From Eledone cirrhosa (lineage: Eukaryota), in contig OZ024749.1 in NCBI GenBank assembly GCA_964016885.1, positions 2,976,001 through 3,040,000 on the forward strand: a stretch of DNA of 64,000 bases. The letters are read 5' to 3'. Of this stretch, positions 40,740 to 56,010 are shown piece by piece. How positions within the stretch are numbered: the first letter of the stretch is position 1; every line of letters begins with the position of its first letter. Position numbers and translations under genes: made by a program. The notes under the pieces were generated by a model. It made no database searches and was not told where the DNA came from. It was given only the letters and a program-made list of their open reading frames with translations.

Positions 40740-43612
40740 GGGTAACAAATTATTGTTATATGTAGTCCACTTAGGTGTAGTCCAGTTATGGTACTCCGGG
40801 TAGTGGTTGATATCAACAAGTCGTTTCCATAGTGATGCTGCGAGTACGCTGTAATCCCTATGTTATAAACACTTGGAGTAATTATAAATTAGGAAAGAAG
40901 AGTGACACGGTTTGCTATACAAAAAAGGTTTTTAATCTCATTGCTGACAATTGTTTCTCTGAACTGGTAGGTCTAGAGATCCCTATCCGCTTATTTTCAC
41001 GTTACTCGATCGCCAATACAAAGTTATAACCAGTCAGTTCATCGGAGCTTGCGAGAATGAAAAGAATATACAGGCATGAAAAGAATATACAGGCTACTAT
41101 ATGTAGTAGTAATGGCATTCGGTCAGAACAATAACAACAATATCAACAATGCTAGCAATAAATTATTTGAAATAATCACAACATCAATCTAGGTGGGAAG
41201 TATAGTATATCTATGATTTTAGCGTGTAAAACTAGCTGAGATGAGGCAGATGTATAAAATTGACATGTAAAAACTGTCGTAGGGTGTATTATATCAAGTG
41301 TAAAGATAAGCTGGTGTTTTTAAACAATGTAGGTCAGGTGGCCGTAATAGTCGGTTTTTATCTGACCTATGAAGGATTTATCACTGTAGTGGAATGTGTG
41401 TGGTCTATATAAATGAGAGGGCTGTCTAGCTTACTCATCATCAATAACATACATGTATAAGACAACATTAACAAAGAAGTTAAATAATGGGCAAGTTAAT
41501 ACAGAAGTTAAGGAGGCAATATATATATATATATATACATACACACATACACACAAACATATATATATATATACACATACACATACATACATACATACAT
41601 ACATACAAAGAGAAAACATTCTGACTATAATTATAGTAGGAGGAAGGTAAAGTTCTGTTGTAGTAGTATTTTGAAATGTTCTTGGATTTAGGATCAAGTG
41701 CTGACAGCAGCTGAGAAGAGATAAGTTTATGGGTTAATGAGGTACTTACAGACATTAGTGTGGTATATAACTAAGAAGGCTAGAATGTACTTAATCATTA
41801 TATTTCTGTGGTGATCCGTGCAGAGTAGTGGGTATCCTAGTTGAAAGCTATGTCACGTCGGTTCGATTCACGGAGGTTTAAATCTTATGAATTTAGTGGC
41901 AATTTTGTGTCTGCAGAAGATAGATCTTTCTAACTTGTTGTTAAGTAGCCTTGTTACATTTCTAAGGATATACAGTAGTTCTAGATCACATAGCCTACAG
42001 TGGGACATACCTGTACTGTAGGCTTTAGCAGCCGACAACCTCAGCCAGTTGATACTGTAGCTAGTGTTGCTGTCTTTCAGTTCCCATATTTTTTTGGCGA
42101 GGGTTGTAGAACCCAACAACAAATTGCAAAATGACATCAATACACTACTAAAAAAACTAAAAGACACTAACGATATCATAGTAAAAGCAGACAAAACATC
42201 AAACGTATACTCTATGGACCTTAACACATACACTAATTTTATCCAGCGTGAACTACATAAAAAATATAAAAAAAACAAATGAATTTACACTCACCAGCAT
42301 TAACGTGGAGGGCCTCAGGATAGTAAATATACTCGGAATTCCCGATAGGACCGAGCCTCTAACCCCATGCAACCCCACATTTAACCTGAAGGACCACAAA
42401 AAAAATGTTGAAACAAACCCTACTATTAGATTAATATGCCCATCCAAGTCAGACATAGGCAAAATAAGAAAGAACATTCTAGATAGGGTAATCGCACAAA
42501 TAAAGGGTAAACTAGAAATCAATTTATGGGGTAACACTAACGAGGCAATTGAATGGTTCAATAAAATACAAAATAGGGAGACGGGTAACTTAATACAATT
42601 TGATATAGACGAATACTATGCATCCATATCCCCAGCCACCCTAGATAAAGCGCTTATATTTGCCCCAAATAACTCCGATTTGTGACCTACATTCCGCGGG
42701 CTCACATACATTCTCTGTGCGTGATTTGGCTCAGCTCAGCCAATCAGCGCCAGTAGAAGAGGATGTATCCCTACGCGTTCTGAGGGAGAAATAGCCCGCA
42801 AAGATTTGAGGACGCTATGACTCGCAGCTGGACCATGCTAAAGTAAACACCGCTTGTTCTTTTGCTCCATAAGCACAAACAATATGTAACGACAAAACAT
42901 TATCTACGAGCCTGGCCAAACGCCTTCAGCCAGTCGCCCGTATTTTCTCTTGTAATCTTAATTGAATTGTTTCATTTCTCTTGGCATGCCAGCTTAATTC
43001 CCTTCTCAACCTTTGTTAATAAATAATGTAAAAACAAGCTAAAAGTCGTTGTCGATATACGCTATCATATCTTTCTACCAAACCTGGTTCCTCGTGGCAA
43101 CTTTACAACAACTTCTAAAATATACTTCTCCGCTAAATCTGGTGACAACACTCTATCTACCAAATTGGTGACTTATATTCAACAAAGAGAAACATACCTT
43201 TCCTTTACACCCTACGACAGTTTTTACATGTCAATTTTATACATCTGCCTCATCTCAGCTAGTTTTACACGCTAAAATCATAGATATACTATACTTCTCA
43301 CCTAGATTGATGTTGTGATTATTTCAAATAATTTATTGCTAGCATTGTTGATATTGTTGTTATTGTTCTGACTGAATGCCATTACTATTACATATAGTAG
43401 CCTGTATGTTATTTTCATGCCTGTATATTCTTTTCATTCTCGAAAGCTCCGATGAACTGACTGGTTATAACTTTCTATTGGCGATCGAGTAACGTGAAAA
43501 TAAGCGGATAGCGATCTCTAGACCTACCAGTTCAGAGAAACAATTGTCAGCAATGAGATTAAAAACCATTTTGGTATAGCAAACCGTGTCACTTTTCTTT
43601 CCTGATTTATTA
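40738..43612. mobile_element. Rearranged Hydra-clade-like PLE: ~400-bp inverted arms (40882-41288 / 43206-43610), EN C-terminus on minus, RT N-terminus on plus
   Basis: 41868-42105 (-): TTLAKKIWELKD..CRLCDLE..LLNNKLERSIFCRH; 42107-42685 (+): IVKADKTSNVY, LKDHK..PTIRLICPSKSDIGKI, FDIDEYYASI. Confidence 0.85.
43446..43551 (+). ncRNA. Type I hammerhead with CCGAUGA core (mirror copy 40943-41048, minus)
   Basis: GCT-CCGATGA-A-CTGACTGGT...ACCAGTTCAG-A-GAAA-CAATTG-TC-AGC. Confidence 0.7.
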
Positions 43613-44186
43613 CATATATATATATATATATATGTTATCTTGATTGATATTCATATAGACGTGTGTGTCCCTGTTTGTATGTGTAAGTGTGTGTATGTGT
43701 GTGTATTTAACGAATAATTACCAATTCTTAAGCATCAGTGTTGGCGGAAGGTGATAAGTCAACATAGAGTATTACATTTTAATGTAATAGATAGATGAAG
43801 TTATTTTAAGTCAATGCACGATCAGCCGCGTTCTTTACATGTGTTAACGATATGTGCTTCCGTAGATGCAAGAAACCAGTTGCTATTTCAAGAATAAGTT
43901 AAATTAATATACATATATGTGTATGTATGTGTGTATTATGCATGTATATACGTACGTATGTATGTTTGTATGTATTATGTATGTATGTTTGTATGTAGTA
44001 TGTATGCATGTACGTATGTATGTATGTATGTATGTATGTTTGTATGTAACTATGTATGCCTGTATGTGTGCATGTATCTATGTGTGTATGTATATATGTA
44101 TGTTTGTATGAACATATGGATGCACGTATGTATATGTATATATATATATATACACACACACATATATATATACACACATATATATA

Positions 44187-44258
<72 letters not shown>

Positions 44259-44313
44259 CCATCTCCGTTTGTATCTTCGTATGTATGTATATGCATGTAT
44301 ACACGTATGTATA

Positions 44314-44349
<36 letters not shown>

Positions 44350-45501
44350 CGTGTACAAGTGTTCTTGTGTGTGTATGTGTGTATGTCTCTGTCTGTGTGT
44401 GAATGTGCATATACGTATATACATTTATGTGCACTCACATTTTTTCCTAAGAGGTTAGTTGCGTGTCTTAGTCACTGGTTTTGACCAATCATATTTAATA
44501 TTCTCCATCACTGGGAATATCCTGTATGATGTATAAGCTTGACACATACAAATAACCATACCTTTCCATTATTTCTTTAATGTGTGAATAAATTTCTCTG
44601 TCATATCCTGAACATTTGTAACAAATGATTTAATTTGTTAATTTTTAATAATATTTTCATAAAGCACATAACCTTGTTTATGTGCTTTAGTTGAGACCAA
44701 TCTGTTGGAAACTTTCGGATATCCAAGTCTCCAGTTCGAAGCTAGAATACTTCCAATCCGGCATCATTGGTACAGAGCCCATGAAAGTGTTTAGTGTACT
44801 GCCCTTCATTCGCAGTAATCAATAAACGAAACACAATAAGCTATTTTATTATTTCATCCCACGTATAGTCTTAAGAAAACCTAGCAAGACAGTTTACAGT
44901 GTAAAACGAACTGAAGTTTGGATATTAAAACTCGGTATCTAAGAATCCATGCATAGGCCTTTACCTCCATATTGAATTGCAGGGTGGCGTTAGGACATAC
45001 GGTGTGTCTTCAGCTCTGGGGGTTACCTATCTCATTTCTTCCAGATACACACACACACGCACGCACACGCAGATAGACAGAAAAGATAAGGTATACATTG
45101 AAAAAGAAAAACAACCAGAAGAGTTGACAACGGGAATGTAATGTAAGTTATTTATGGAGGTGGTATGTATAAAGGATGAATTAGAAATAGGTGCAGAGAT
45201 ACCAATACAAAGCCTTTACAGAACACTGACACGATATATAGATACGTGGGGAAGAGAGTGTGACAGGAAAAATCTTACTTCAGTCAGTAATATTAGAGAT
45301 TCACTAATAGGGTGAATGAAGGTCTGGGGATAGAAAACAGGACGGGCATAACATATTCTAATCTGTTATTATCTTGTTTCAACCTTATAGATTTCCGCCA
45401 TACTGGGACACGACATGTAAAGGATTTCGTTGAGCATATATGATTCTCAACAAACGTAAACACAAACACACTTACACCCTTACACACAGAGTCGCATGCA
45501 A

Positions 45502-45638
<137 letters not shown>

Positions 45639-45641
45639 TAG

Positions 45642-45692
<51 letters not shown>

Positions 45693-45695
45693 TAG

Positions 45696-45731
<36 letters not shown>

Positions 45732-46691
45732 ACACGAAAATAATCTCCGCAGTTTCAACGTAGACAATTCTTGTAGTACAAATATAAACGAAACTGGCGA
45801 GTCAAACTCTTTAACAATAGAGATCTGCATATATCTATATAAACGGAATCCTTTAATAATGTACGTTGTATCATATTTGTGGTTGTGGAATACCAAAATC
45901 GTTGGAGCATCGGGCGAAAAACGTTCCGATGTCTGCCTTTGAAGTCAATTTTATATTCGTGGGAGTGGATGAACTAATATACCAGCCCTCTACATTCGCT
46001 AAACCCGCGGTCCCAAATGCTGTCCTTGTGCCCGAAATAGATACTATTCTATAACACTATTTTGGCTTCTCTTTAATGGAAATATAGAGAGTGGTTTTCT
46101 AATGGTCAGTTCGTGGATAGCTGCCCTATACACACTTCTAGTTCAAAGCTTCAAAATTCCATCCATTGTCGATATATTAACATAATGCATTTTCTATTAG
46201 ACTATATGAATATAGTACCTAGAGAAAGATATATTACTAACAAATACACTAATGGACAGAAATGTTTAAAGTATTAATTTTATTAAATACCATTAAGACA
46301 AAAACAGACATTTATTCTACTTTAATATTGCAATACTTAATGGATTATAGATCTACAGTAGTCTCTCTTATATTCTTAATAATTACCAGTAACTCACTAT
46401 TAGTGTGAGCAATTATAACGATGCAACAGGCAAATACATGCACTGAATCTCGTTTTAAGTCGGAAATCCGCTTACACAGCACATATTTCATTCTTTCTAG
46501 ACATTAGATAGGAAATTTATGGCATTTATAGAAGAAGGTTAGTACAATATATACGTACACTCGTATGTGGGTGTGTATGTGGGTGTGTATGTACCTATGT
46601 AAGCTTGAATGTATATATCTTCATATATGTTTAGACATATATACATAGACACACGTATACACACCCATCTATATATATATGTATTTATATA

Positions 46692-46811
<120 letters not shown>

Positions 46812-46834
46812 TGTGTGTGTGTGTGTGTACATAT

Positions 46835-47232
46835 ATAAAATAATTTGATGTTTGAAAGCCACGGCAATACAAGTTTGGACGGAGAATGTTTAAATCGTAA
46901 GAAACAGGGCTTGTTTTTTTTTATCTTAATTTATTCATATGTCCTGTATTTCGAGATTAATATCTCTTCTTCCCTGGAAAATAAAGGAACTATTCCAGTT
47001 CCTGATTTAGGTTGCTATACCATGCTGGCCGGAAGTGGCATAGCATGGTATAACATGTCACATCAGGCACTGGAATAGTTCCTTTATTTTCCTCGGAAGA
47101 AGAGATATTAATCTCGAAATACAAGGACATATGAATAAATTAAGATAAAAAAAAGCCCTGTTTCTTACGATTTATTTATTCTCCGTCCAAATCTGCAGTA
47201 TTGTGGCTTCCAAACTTCAAATTCTTTATACT
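46835..47232. mobile_element. Fold-back related to the 3' end of the PLE at 59634-61880
   Basis: Arms ~46835-47003 / ~47062-47232; CCT-CGGAAGA-AGAGATATTAATCTC-GAAA resembles the minus strand of 59727-59770. Confidence 0.75.
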
Positions 47233-47292
47233 GTATACAATACTTCTATTAAACTACACATTTCTTCACACACATATATATATATATATATA

Positions 47293-49588
47293 TAATCAAA
47301 CCGGCGGACAAGGGAGGCGCCGTGGTGGTGTGGCACGCGGACCTCTACACGGCCGAAGCCCTCAGGCAGCCCCGTAACCCCCTCTTCTACCGCCCTCTAC
47401 CCTCCCATCCCACACCCCTCTACCAACAACAAATTTCCTCCACCATCCAACACCTTGTCTCCTCCTCCCCCCAACGCTTCCCACCTCATTGGCCGCACCC
47501 CCCGCACCCCCCGCACCCCCACCATCTACTTCCTCCCCAAACTCCACAAACCCGACAACCCCGGCCGCCTCATCGTCTCCGCTTGCAACTGCCCCACCGA
47601 ACTCATCTCCGCGTTTTTGACTCCATCCTCGCCCCCTTCTCACCACCCTCCCCTCCCATATCTCCGACACCAACCACGCCCTGCGCCTCTTCGACCCCTT
47701 CACATACCCACCCGGACCACAGCCCTTCCCATTCACCCTAGACATCAAGTCTCTCTATACCGTCATCCCCCACGCCAACGGCCTACGCGCCCTCAAGCAC
47801 TACCTCGACCTTCGCCCCTCCGACATCCCTTCCACCCCACCCTCCTTCACCTCGCCGAGCTGGTCCTCACCATCAACTGTTACTCCTTCTCGGGTGAGTT
47901 TTATCAACAGGTCACGGGGGTAGCCATGGGTACAAGAATGGGCCCAAACTATGCCAACCTTTTTGTTGGCCATGTTGTGGCCCAAATCTTTGCCCAGTAC
48001 ACCGGCCCCACGCCCGAACTGTACTGTTGTTACATCGACCACTGTATCGGACCCACGACCCTCACCCGAGAACAGCTCGACTCCTTTCTCTCCTTCTTCT
48101 GCTCCTTCCACCCCTCCCTCCATTTCGGACAGACGGAACGTCACCTGGCGGACCGGTTTACTGAACACATCCGATATATTCGTCTCGGTGGTAGTTCCCC
48201 CATCGCCCCCTAATTTGGTACCCATGGACATTCCGCACTCCACCTCACAGTCTGTGGCCTACTCCAATGCCACGGAACACCCGCCACTCTCCTCAGGGTC
48301 GAACAACGAACCATCTTCACCCTACAGACCCACACTTCCCCCTGCCTGAACTCCCCACCCTTATTCCTTTAGCCTTCGACCACCCCCTCCCCCACATATA
48401 TCCCCCAGTAACACCACTAAGACCTCCACGGCACACAAGACCACCCTTCCCCAACTAACACCCACTAACACCCCCCTTACCACACACCCACTCATCCAAA
48501 CACGCACACACACACCAGTACACTACACTCCCTCCACCGGCCCACACTCCCTTCTCTCCCCGCTCCACCCACACCCTTTCTCACACACACACACACATCC
48601 CACTAACACCTCTACTAACACACACACCCTCCTCACTCCAACTTTCACACCTACCCATCCTCTCCCCTGTTCTCCGCACCTCCGCACACACTGACACACC
48701 GACTTTCTTCACTTACCATTCTACCCGACTGCTGCTATGCCCTTATCTCTGACCACCTCCCCGCACACACAGACACACAACCTTCCTTCTGCCTTGACCC
48801 TCTGACCACTGCGTGTTGCGCGCGCACCCCACATCTCCCATCTTCTGACAAATCTCTTCACGGATTACACATAGGTGAACATCGATCCCTAGAATCCACC
48901 ACATCCCAAGGATATTACCCAGCATTCCACCACATCCTCTACGGAACTACCTTAAGGACTCACCCACTGACATACACTCAAACATTTTTTTCCCACACGC
49001 CCCCTACATCCACAACACGCATAAACACCACACACGTGCATACCACCACATATTTACACACACAGCCTCCGGAATCCTCTCCCCCACCCCTCTGACCCAT
49101 CCCCATCCACACACGCACACACACTCCGACCTACACCCCACCCACACACACCTCTTCCTGAACATGCAATCCCGTTCTTCCCCTAACTCTTACTTTCACA
49201 TACACACACACACACACGTACACCTACACACACCACCTTCAGCCCTCCCCGCTCGGACACTCCGCCTGCCTCTCCACACTCCACCCGCCCCCACCCCCAC
49301 CCGCCCCACATTATTCCACCACCTATTTTACTTCATGTTTATTTCATATTTATCATGCTTTTATATTTAATTTCATTTGTACCGTTTCCTCTCACCCCCT
49401 TTTTTCTATATGTCTCTCCACCACTCCCCAACACACCCTTGGAACTCTCTTCCCACACACTTTTCACCTGAAGAAGGGCTTATGCCCCAAACGTCGTTCC
49501 CCACCACCACCCCACTCTCAAGAGCGTGAAACTAATAAACCTTTATTCGTACTGCCTCTCTGTTTTGTTCCCGTTCAATTTTTTACTA
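47293..49588 (+). mobile_element. C-rich PLE (Neptune-like), 5'-truncated and frameshifted, with a deletion from RT into EN; long C/A-rich 3' UTR
   Basis: [80 protein letters not shown]; decayed hammerhead CTGAAGA-AGGGCTTATGCCC-CAAA-CGTC at 49468-49495. Confidence 0.9.
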
Positions 49589-49604
49589 GATATATATATA
49601 TATA

Positions 49605-49860
49605 TAGTGAAAGAATGAAGAATATCATGTTCGGCTGTACGACAAGGGTATTTTATTGTTGTACAGCCAAACATGTTATTCTCATTTTTTCACTATTATT
49701 ACTCCAAGTATAACCTACACGGGGATTCTCGCGAACTCTCTGCCTAATTATGGAAACATCTTGTTGAGTCAATCAAAGCCGTACCTTAAAACTATCCACA
49801 ATACAGAGTACTCACAACCTTTAACTGGATTACCTATAACGATAACTTGTTACCCCATAT
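49605..49860 (+). mobile_element. Fold-back element with tail; tail end also occurs inverted at ~18694-18738
   Basis: Hairpin 49605-49694; CTGGATTACCTATAACGATAACTTGTTA shared. Confidence 0.6.
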
Positions 49861-50183
49861 ATATCTATATATTAATTTCAACAATGTCAGTATTCCGTGT
49901 GTCATAATTCTCGATTATCATTGGTTCATAGGTTTCAAACGCATCCAATAAAGTCATGAAGTATACGTCTAAGACAGGAGCTTACACTGGATCGATGGAG
50001 GTGTAAGCATAGTAAAGGTGTATATCAAAACATGTATAAACATATATGATACGTGCATATATAAAAAACATATGGGTAGTCTTGCTCGCTGTCTTAACGC
50101 TACCGCCAATTAAAAATAATCAGCCAAAGTTTTCAAATGCAAATGAGCAATTCCATCAAAAGTCCATCACTCAAAATACTATA

Positions 50184-50455
50184 TCTATATATCTAAAATA
50201 AAGACTGCCTGTCTGTCTAACTCCCTAAAACTCGAGAACCACCCAACCGATTTTTTTCAAACTTTACACATGTAATACTTATGGTCGTGTGAATATTTCA
50301 AATGGTCAATGCCTTAGGCACCGCATTAGCGACCGTTTAGCGATCTCTCTATCTTTCTTAGTCTGTCTTTTTAGATAGATACATAGCTAGAATGTCACGC
50401 CCTTATAATATCTGTCTGTATGTCTGGCTGTCTGCATTACGACATTGACTTCGCT

Positions 50456-50526
<71 letters not shown>

Positions 50527-50681
50527 GTGTATGTGTGTGAGTATATATATATATATATAGGGTGTGTAAGGTTTTGCGAAATATTTACTTCTGCGTACAC
50601 AGATTGATTTTTTTTAGTTTCAGAAGACCCCATTAAGCATGAAAGCAACGATTATTCGCTAAATTTTAATCTGTAATCTGA

Positions 50682-50780
<99 letters not shown>

Positions 50781-51088
50781 ATATATATATAATTATATAT
50801 TCGTGTACAGATATTTTTGCATACTCAATAACAAAACATAAACAAACGTATTTATTTCACGAGGCTCGACACCAGCAAAAACAACAACAAAAAAAGAGAG
50901 GGAACGCAATTACATGTTTTTGAAAAATCTTCATTGAAAATTATTTCCCTATTCGCCCAAAGCGACTTCACTTTTTATTAGGACTTCTGCATCAATTGGT
51001 GAACATACGACGAAACTGTTTCAGAAAGGAGGGATAAATATGCTAATCTATGTTTAGAATCCCGAGCAGTGCCGGGCCATTCTGCTAG
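50184..51088 (+). mobile_element. Non-autonomous Helitron
   Basis: 5' TCTATATATCTAAAA, 3' hairpin CCCGAGCAGTGCCGGG followed by CTAG, inserted between A and T without TSD. Confidence 0.75.
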
Positions 51089-51422
51089 TTGACTAAATTT
51101 CATTTCATGTCAGAATGTTTTGAGTGATTGTCGCTTGTGAAAAATTAACACATCTAGAAAGAGCGCAGTCTCAACTTTTTGGAAGATAATGGCAACTCTG
51201 TGATATATTCTCCGTTGAGAAAAATTTAAATTATATTCGTTTCGTTTTGTATATTGTATATAAATGTTTTATATTGTATTTATATGTTTTATATGTATAA
51301 ACTTGTTTTCAAATATACTTGTATTGTGATAGAACATTGCCTTAGAACTACCTGCAATTAAATACATATATGTATACATGAGGAACATTTTAAAAACACA
51401 CCCTCTCCATCTCTCATCCTCG

Positions 51423-51466
<44 letters not shown>

Positions 51467-51678
51467 CGATATCATATTCTGCTCTATGAGAGCATCGAGT
51501 GCTAATGCGGCTTACATCATACGGACGCTTCAAGCATCCAACACCAATTATATATATATAGATATGATTCCAGTTCCTTAGTGAAATAACAACCCAGCCA
51601 GGAACTGGGCATATCAGAGTATTGACAAAATTATACACCTCAACAACATATGTACTTGTCTATACCACACTAATTCGG

Positions 51679-51733
51679 ACTGCCTGAAGAGGTCACAGCC
51701 AAAGATGGCTGTCACCGAAATATATATAGCAGT
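51679..51733 (+). ncRNA. Minimal type I hammerhead at the end of a short element (~51465-51780)
   Basis: ACTGC-CTGAAGA-GGTC-ACAGCCA-AAGA-TGGCTGT-CACC-GAAA-TATATA-TA-GCAGT. Confidence 0.85.
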
Positions 51734-51774
51734 AATAAAGGAAGCTACATTTTAAACATTTGACTTTATTTGAC

Positions 51775-51846
<72 letters not shown>

Positions 51847-52074
51847 AAAATAGAGCAAACATCACGAGCGCTCTATCTCAAAATTTTTTTTGAAAAGCAT
51901 TAGAAATGCGTAACGGGTAAACACTTAAAACTAAAACTGAATACTAACCAATACTTATTACTAATTCATACTTATTCCTAATTAAACTATTTTTCACCGG
52001 GAAAAACTTGTCAGCATTTTCTTTTCCTTTTACTAATATATCACAACTCGTGTGTTACACCTCGATTTTTTTAA

Positions 52075-52161
<87 letters not shown>

Positions 52162-52221
52162 CATTTATATATATATACATATATATATATAAATGTATAT
52201 ATATATATATATATATACGTA

Positions 52222-54610
52222 TATAAAATGATAAAACAATAATAATTAAACAAGCAGATAAAGGGGGTGCAGTTGTTATATTGGATGCTGAATACTACAA
52301 GGATTTGGTTGAGGTACAACTGAAAGATACAACATTCTATCATGAAATACCGTCAAATATAGACCACAACATCATGAAGAACATCAACAACCTGGCTTCA
52401 AAATACCACAACTCACTTACTTATAAGGAAAGAGACTACATCCCCAATTTTGAGCCGAAACCCAGCAACCTGTATGGCCTACCGAAAGTTCATAAGTCAA
52501 AAGAAATACAACTGGCAGTAAGAGAACAAAACAGTGAGTACATTAAATTACTACACCCAAAAGACTGACATCTTAGACCTATTATAGCTGGTCCAACATG
52601 CCCCACCCATCGTCTAGGCAATTTCGTTGACATTATTTTGAAACCACTATGTATTCACATACCCAGTTTCATCCGGGATGATATTGACTTCCTGTCCCAT
52701 CTTCCCCAAACCACGGAAACTAATTCACTTCTACTTAGTTTTGATGTGGTAAGCTTTTACACCAACATTACCCATGATTTAGGAATAAAGGCGGTTAAAT
52801 ACTGGGTGGAAAAACATAGAGAAGTGATTCCCATCAGATTCACAGCGCCATTTATATTAGACACAGTTAAACTTATTCTGGAAAACAACACTTTTTTCTT
52901 CAATGGAAAGAATTACATCCAAATTAGAGGCACAGCGATGGGAACGAAGTTTGCTCCCGTTTACGCGAACTCTGTAATGGGATACTTAGAACAACAACTC
53001 TACCAAGAAATGGAGGAAAAATATAGTATTAACTTTAGAAAGTACATTGAAAAATCTTGGAAGAGATACCTTGACGACTGTTTCATCATCTGGACAGAAT
53101 CTCTAGATACTCTGGATGAGTTCAATATCCTCCTGAATAACCTACACCCATCTCTCCAATTCACAAAAGAGATGAGTAGTACCAAATTACCATTCCTAGA
53201 TATAATGATAATCAAAAACGACACCACCATTACGACGGATATATATTATAAACACACAGACACCCATCAATATCTGAATTTTAAGTCGTGCCATCCACCT
53301 CATACAAAACGCAACATCCCATACTGTCTAGCCGGAAGAATTGGTACCATTGTAGAATATACGAATACCAGGTACAAACGCCTAAGAGAATGTTTGCTCA
53401 AACAAAAATACCCATCTCTACTTATAGAAAATGGCATACAGCGGGCTATAAAAATACCTATACAACAACTTAGGACAACCCAAGGAAGAAGAAACCAAGA
53501 ACTGGTCATACCATTTAAAATGACACACAACTCATGTCACCAGAATATCTTCAACACTGCCAGAGCAAACCTACCGATCATTGCTCAAAGTAATGAATTA
53601 AAAGGCTTAATCACAGATAGATCTTTGACTCTTAGTAAAAGACAGCCGAAAAATTTGAAGCAATTACTAACAAAAGCAAAGTTTGACCTTAACAACAAAG
53701 ACCAATTATTCACTGTATCTAAATGCAATAATAGTCGATGTGGCACATGTCAATCCATACACGCCGGTCAATATATGTAAACAAAAACTGGAAAAATATT
53801 CCCAAATGCAAATATCAACTGCAAAAGTAGAAATTTAATTTACTGCATTAAATGCCCGAATTGTGAAGAACTATAGGTCAAACTGGAAATGCACTATCGG
53901 AACGTGCACAGGTACACCGACAGCAAGTCAGATACCCCTAAGTAACCATCTAGTAACATGTGGTCAGGGAATATATATAATATTCCCATTCTACAAATTA
54001 CACAGCCCAATTGAAATCAAGAGAAAAATCAAAGAAAATAATTTTATTGATTAATTCAAACCCATGTTAAATGAACATATAATGGGATGTAATCCAACTA
54101 TGACTATGACTACGACCACTAACAACAACAACAATATTAATAATACAAGTGATGTTGATGGTGATGATTACTAGAAAATGCTATTGTCATCATTTCTAAA
54201 AATAGCAAAACAATTGATGCTTTGGATAGGGTCAATTAGTAGTCGTTAGACATGCTCAACCAACAGTGACGCCTAAACCAATCAGCTTTAGTAATCCAGT
54301 GAAACTACACACCGATTGGTCGAAATACATTTTGCATAAATTAGCATTCTTTAGCCACTTTTCACTGTATATAAGGCACAAAATTTACCCACCCCATTAC
54401 AGTTGAAAATTGCAAACTTGACTGTTACTACACAGTATGAACCTGAAGATTGCGAAAGCATGAAAGTACTTGTTCAATTAACACTTAACATTTAATATTC
54501 TACCATTATAAATTTTAAAGGATTGTAAATAAAACGAGTAAATCAGACAAAGTTGGAATTCCTTTTATTAATATAATCTTCTATACACAATCATACACAC
54601 CCGTGTATAC
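52222..54610 (+). mobile_element. PLE (Neptune-like) with nearly complete RT and degenerate GIY-YIG, 3' UTR and hammerhead
   Basis: [105 protein letters not shown]; stops and frameshifts. Confidence 0.92.
54438..54476 (+). ncRNA. Very small type I hammerhead (39 nt)
   Basis: TGAAC-CTGAAGA-T-TGC-GAAA-GCA-T-GAAA-GTAC-TT-GTTCA. Confidence 0.7.
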
Positions 54611-54617
54611 TTATCTA

Positions 54618-54682
<65 letters not shown>

Positions 54683-54686
<4 letters not shown>

Positions 54687-55050
54687 ATAATAATAAATTT
54701 GAAAAATAAAATCCAAAGAGCGCTCGATAAGGATAAATATATATCAAATATATAAGAACCGTAGAGCAAATATTTATTAAAATTACAGATTAAATTTAAG
54801 CAAAGAATCGCTGCTTTCACCGTTAACGGGATCTTCTGAAATTAAAAAAATTCAATCTGTGAACGCAGAAGTAAATATTTCCAAAAACGTTGCAACCGAA
54901 GGAAGACAGGGAGGCGATACTTTGGTGCGTGTAACCGTTCCCTGGCAAAGAACGAAAAAAAAACGAATATAATGCGTCATTATTTGGAGCGGTGAAAACA
55001 ATTACACGCAAAGACAAAACCACGTTTATGGTATAAATGAAGTTGTAGAC
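54683..55050 (-). mobile_element. Longer, non-folded copy of repeat family B
   Basis: 54683-54840 is the reverse complement of ~25568-25730; right boundary uncertain. Confidence 0.65.
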
Positions 55051-55755
55051 TAAAATTCTATTTAGGAAACCGAATGATTCTCGGCTTCAGAGTTAAGAAT
55101 AATGTAAATACATTTACATTATTCTTCATATATGTATATACATGAAGTACACACATATATGCGTACGTGCATCTATATGTAACTGCAGATGTGTTTAGAG
55201 ACGAATTCCTATAACACTTATACGAAATCCTCCAAAACTCCTAATAGGTATGCAGTAAAGAAAAGCAGCATTGTCAAGATATTGGAATATCTTTTTCTCA
55301 CATGAATCTAAAACCACGGAAATGTAGAATAATGAAAGAGAATGTTAGCAAATATATATTTTCTTTATAAATCATTCCTGATTTACCTTAGGGATGGGTA
55401 AATTAATATATAATTATTAATGATACACATATATCATACCTGCAAGTCTACTACTTAGTATTAATTAAAATTCATTAGTCATTATATTTTTATCTATCTC
55501 CTTACAACGGGCTAGCAAACACAAATGCACTGAAAAAATATAAAATTTAATATTCAGAGAAAGTTTGTGTTCATACAGACAAACAAGCACGGACAGACAG
55601 ACACAGATAGACCCAGACACACACAGTGACACAGGCACACACAAACACACACCTACAGACACAATAGACACCGGCACAGACACACATAGATAAACACAGT
55701 GACAGATGCACACGCACACACACTCACATACACCGGCGCACAGACACACACACAC

Positions 55756-55843
<88 letters not shown>

Positions 55844-55967
55844 GTAAATATGTTTATACATACGTGTATTTATATATATATATGATAAATACTTATATAC
55901 AGAAGACACCTATACATTAATACTAACACACACACATACATACACATGCATACACACATATATAAAT

Positions 55968-56010
<43 letters not shown>

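Noticed and set aside
42681-43087. Possible solo LTR (TG...CA with AATAAA)
   Set aside because: No matching target-site duplication and no second copy in the window
51843-52075. Possible N-terminal part of the 52222 PLE (IEQTSRALYLKIFF)
   Set aside because: Weak resemblance only; the frame closes at once and is separated by a TA array
52566-52568. In-frame TGA in the RT as possible selenocysteine (known in some Naiad PLEs)
   Set aside because: Single stop at a non-Cys position in an element with other lesions and C-terminal EN; no SECIS recognised
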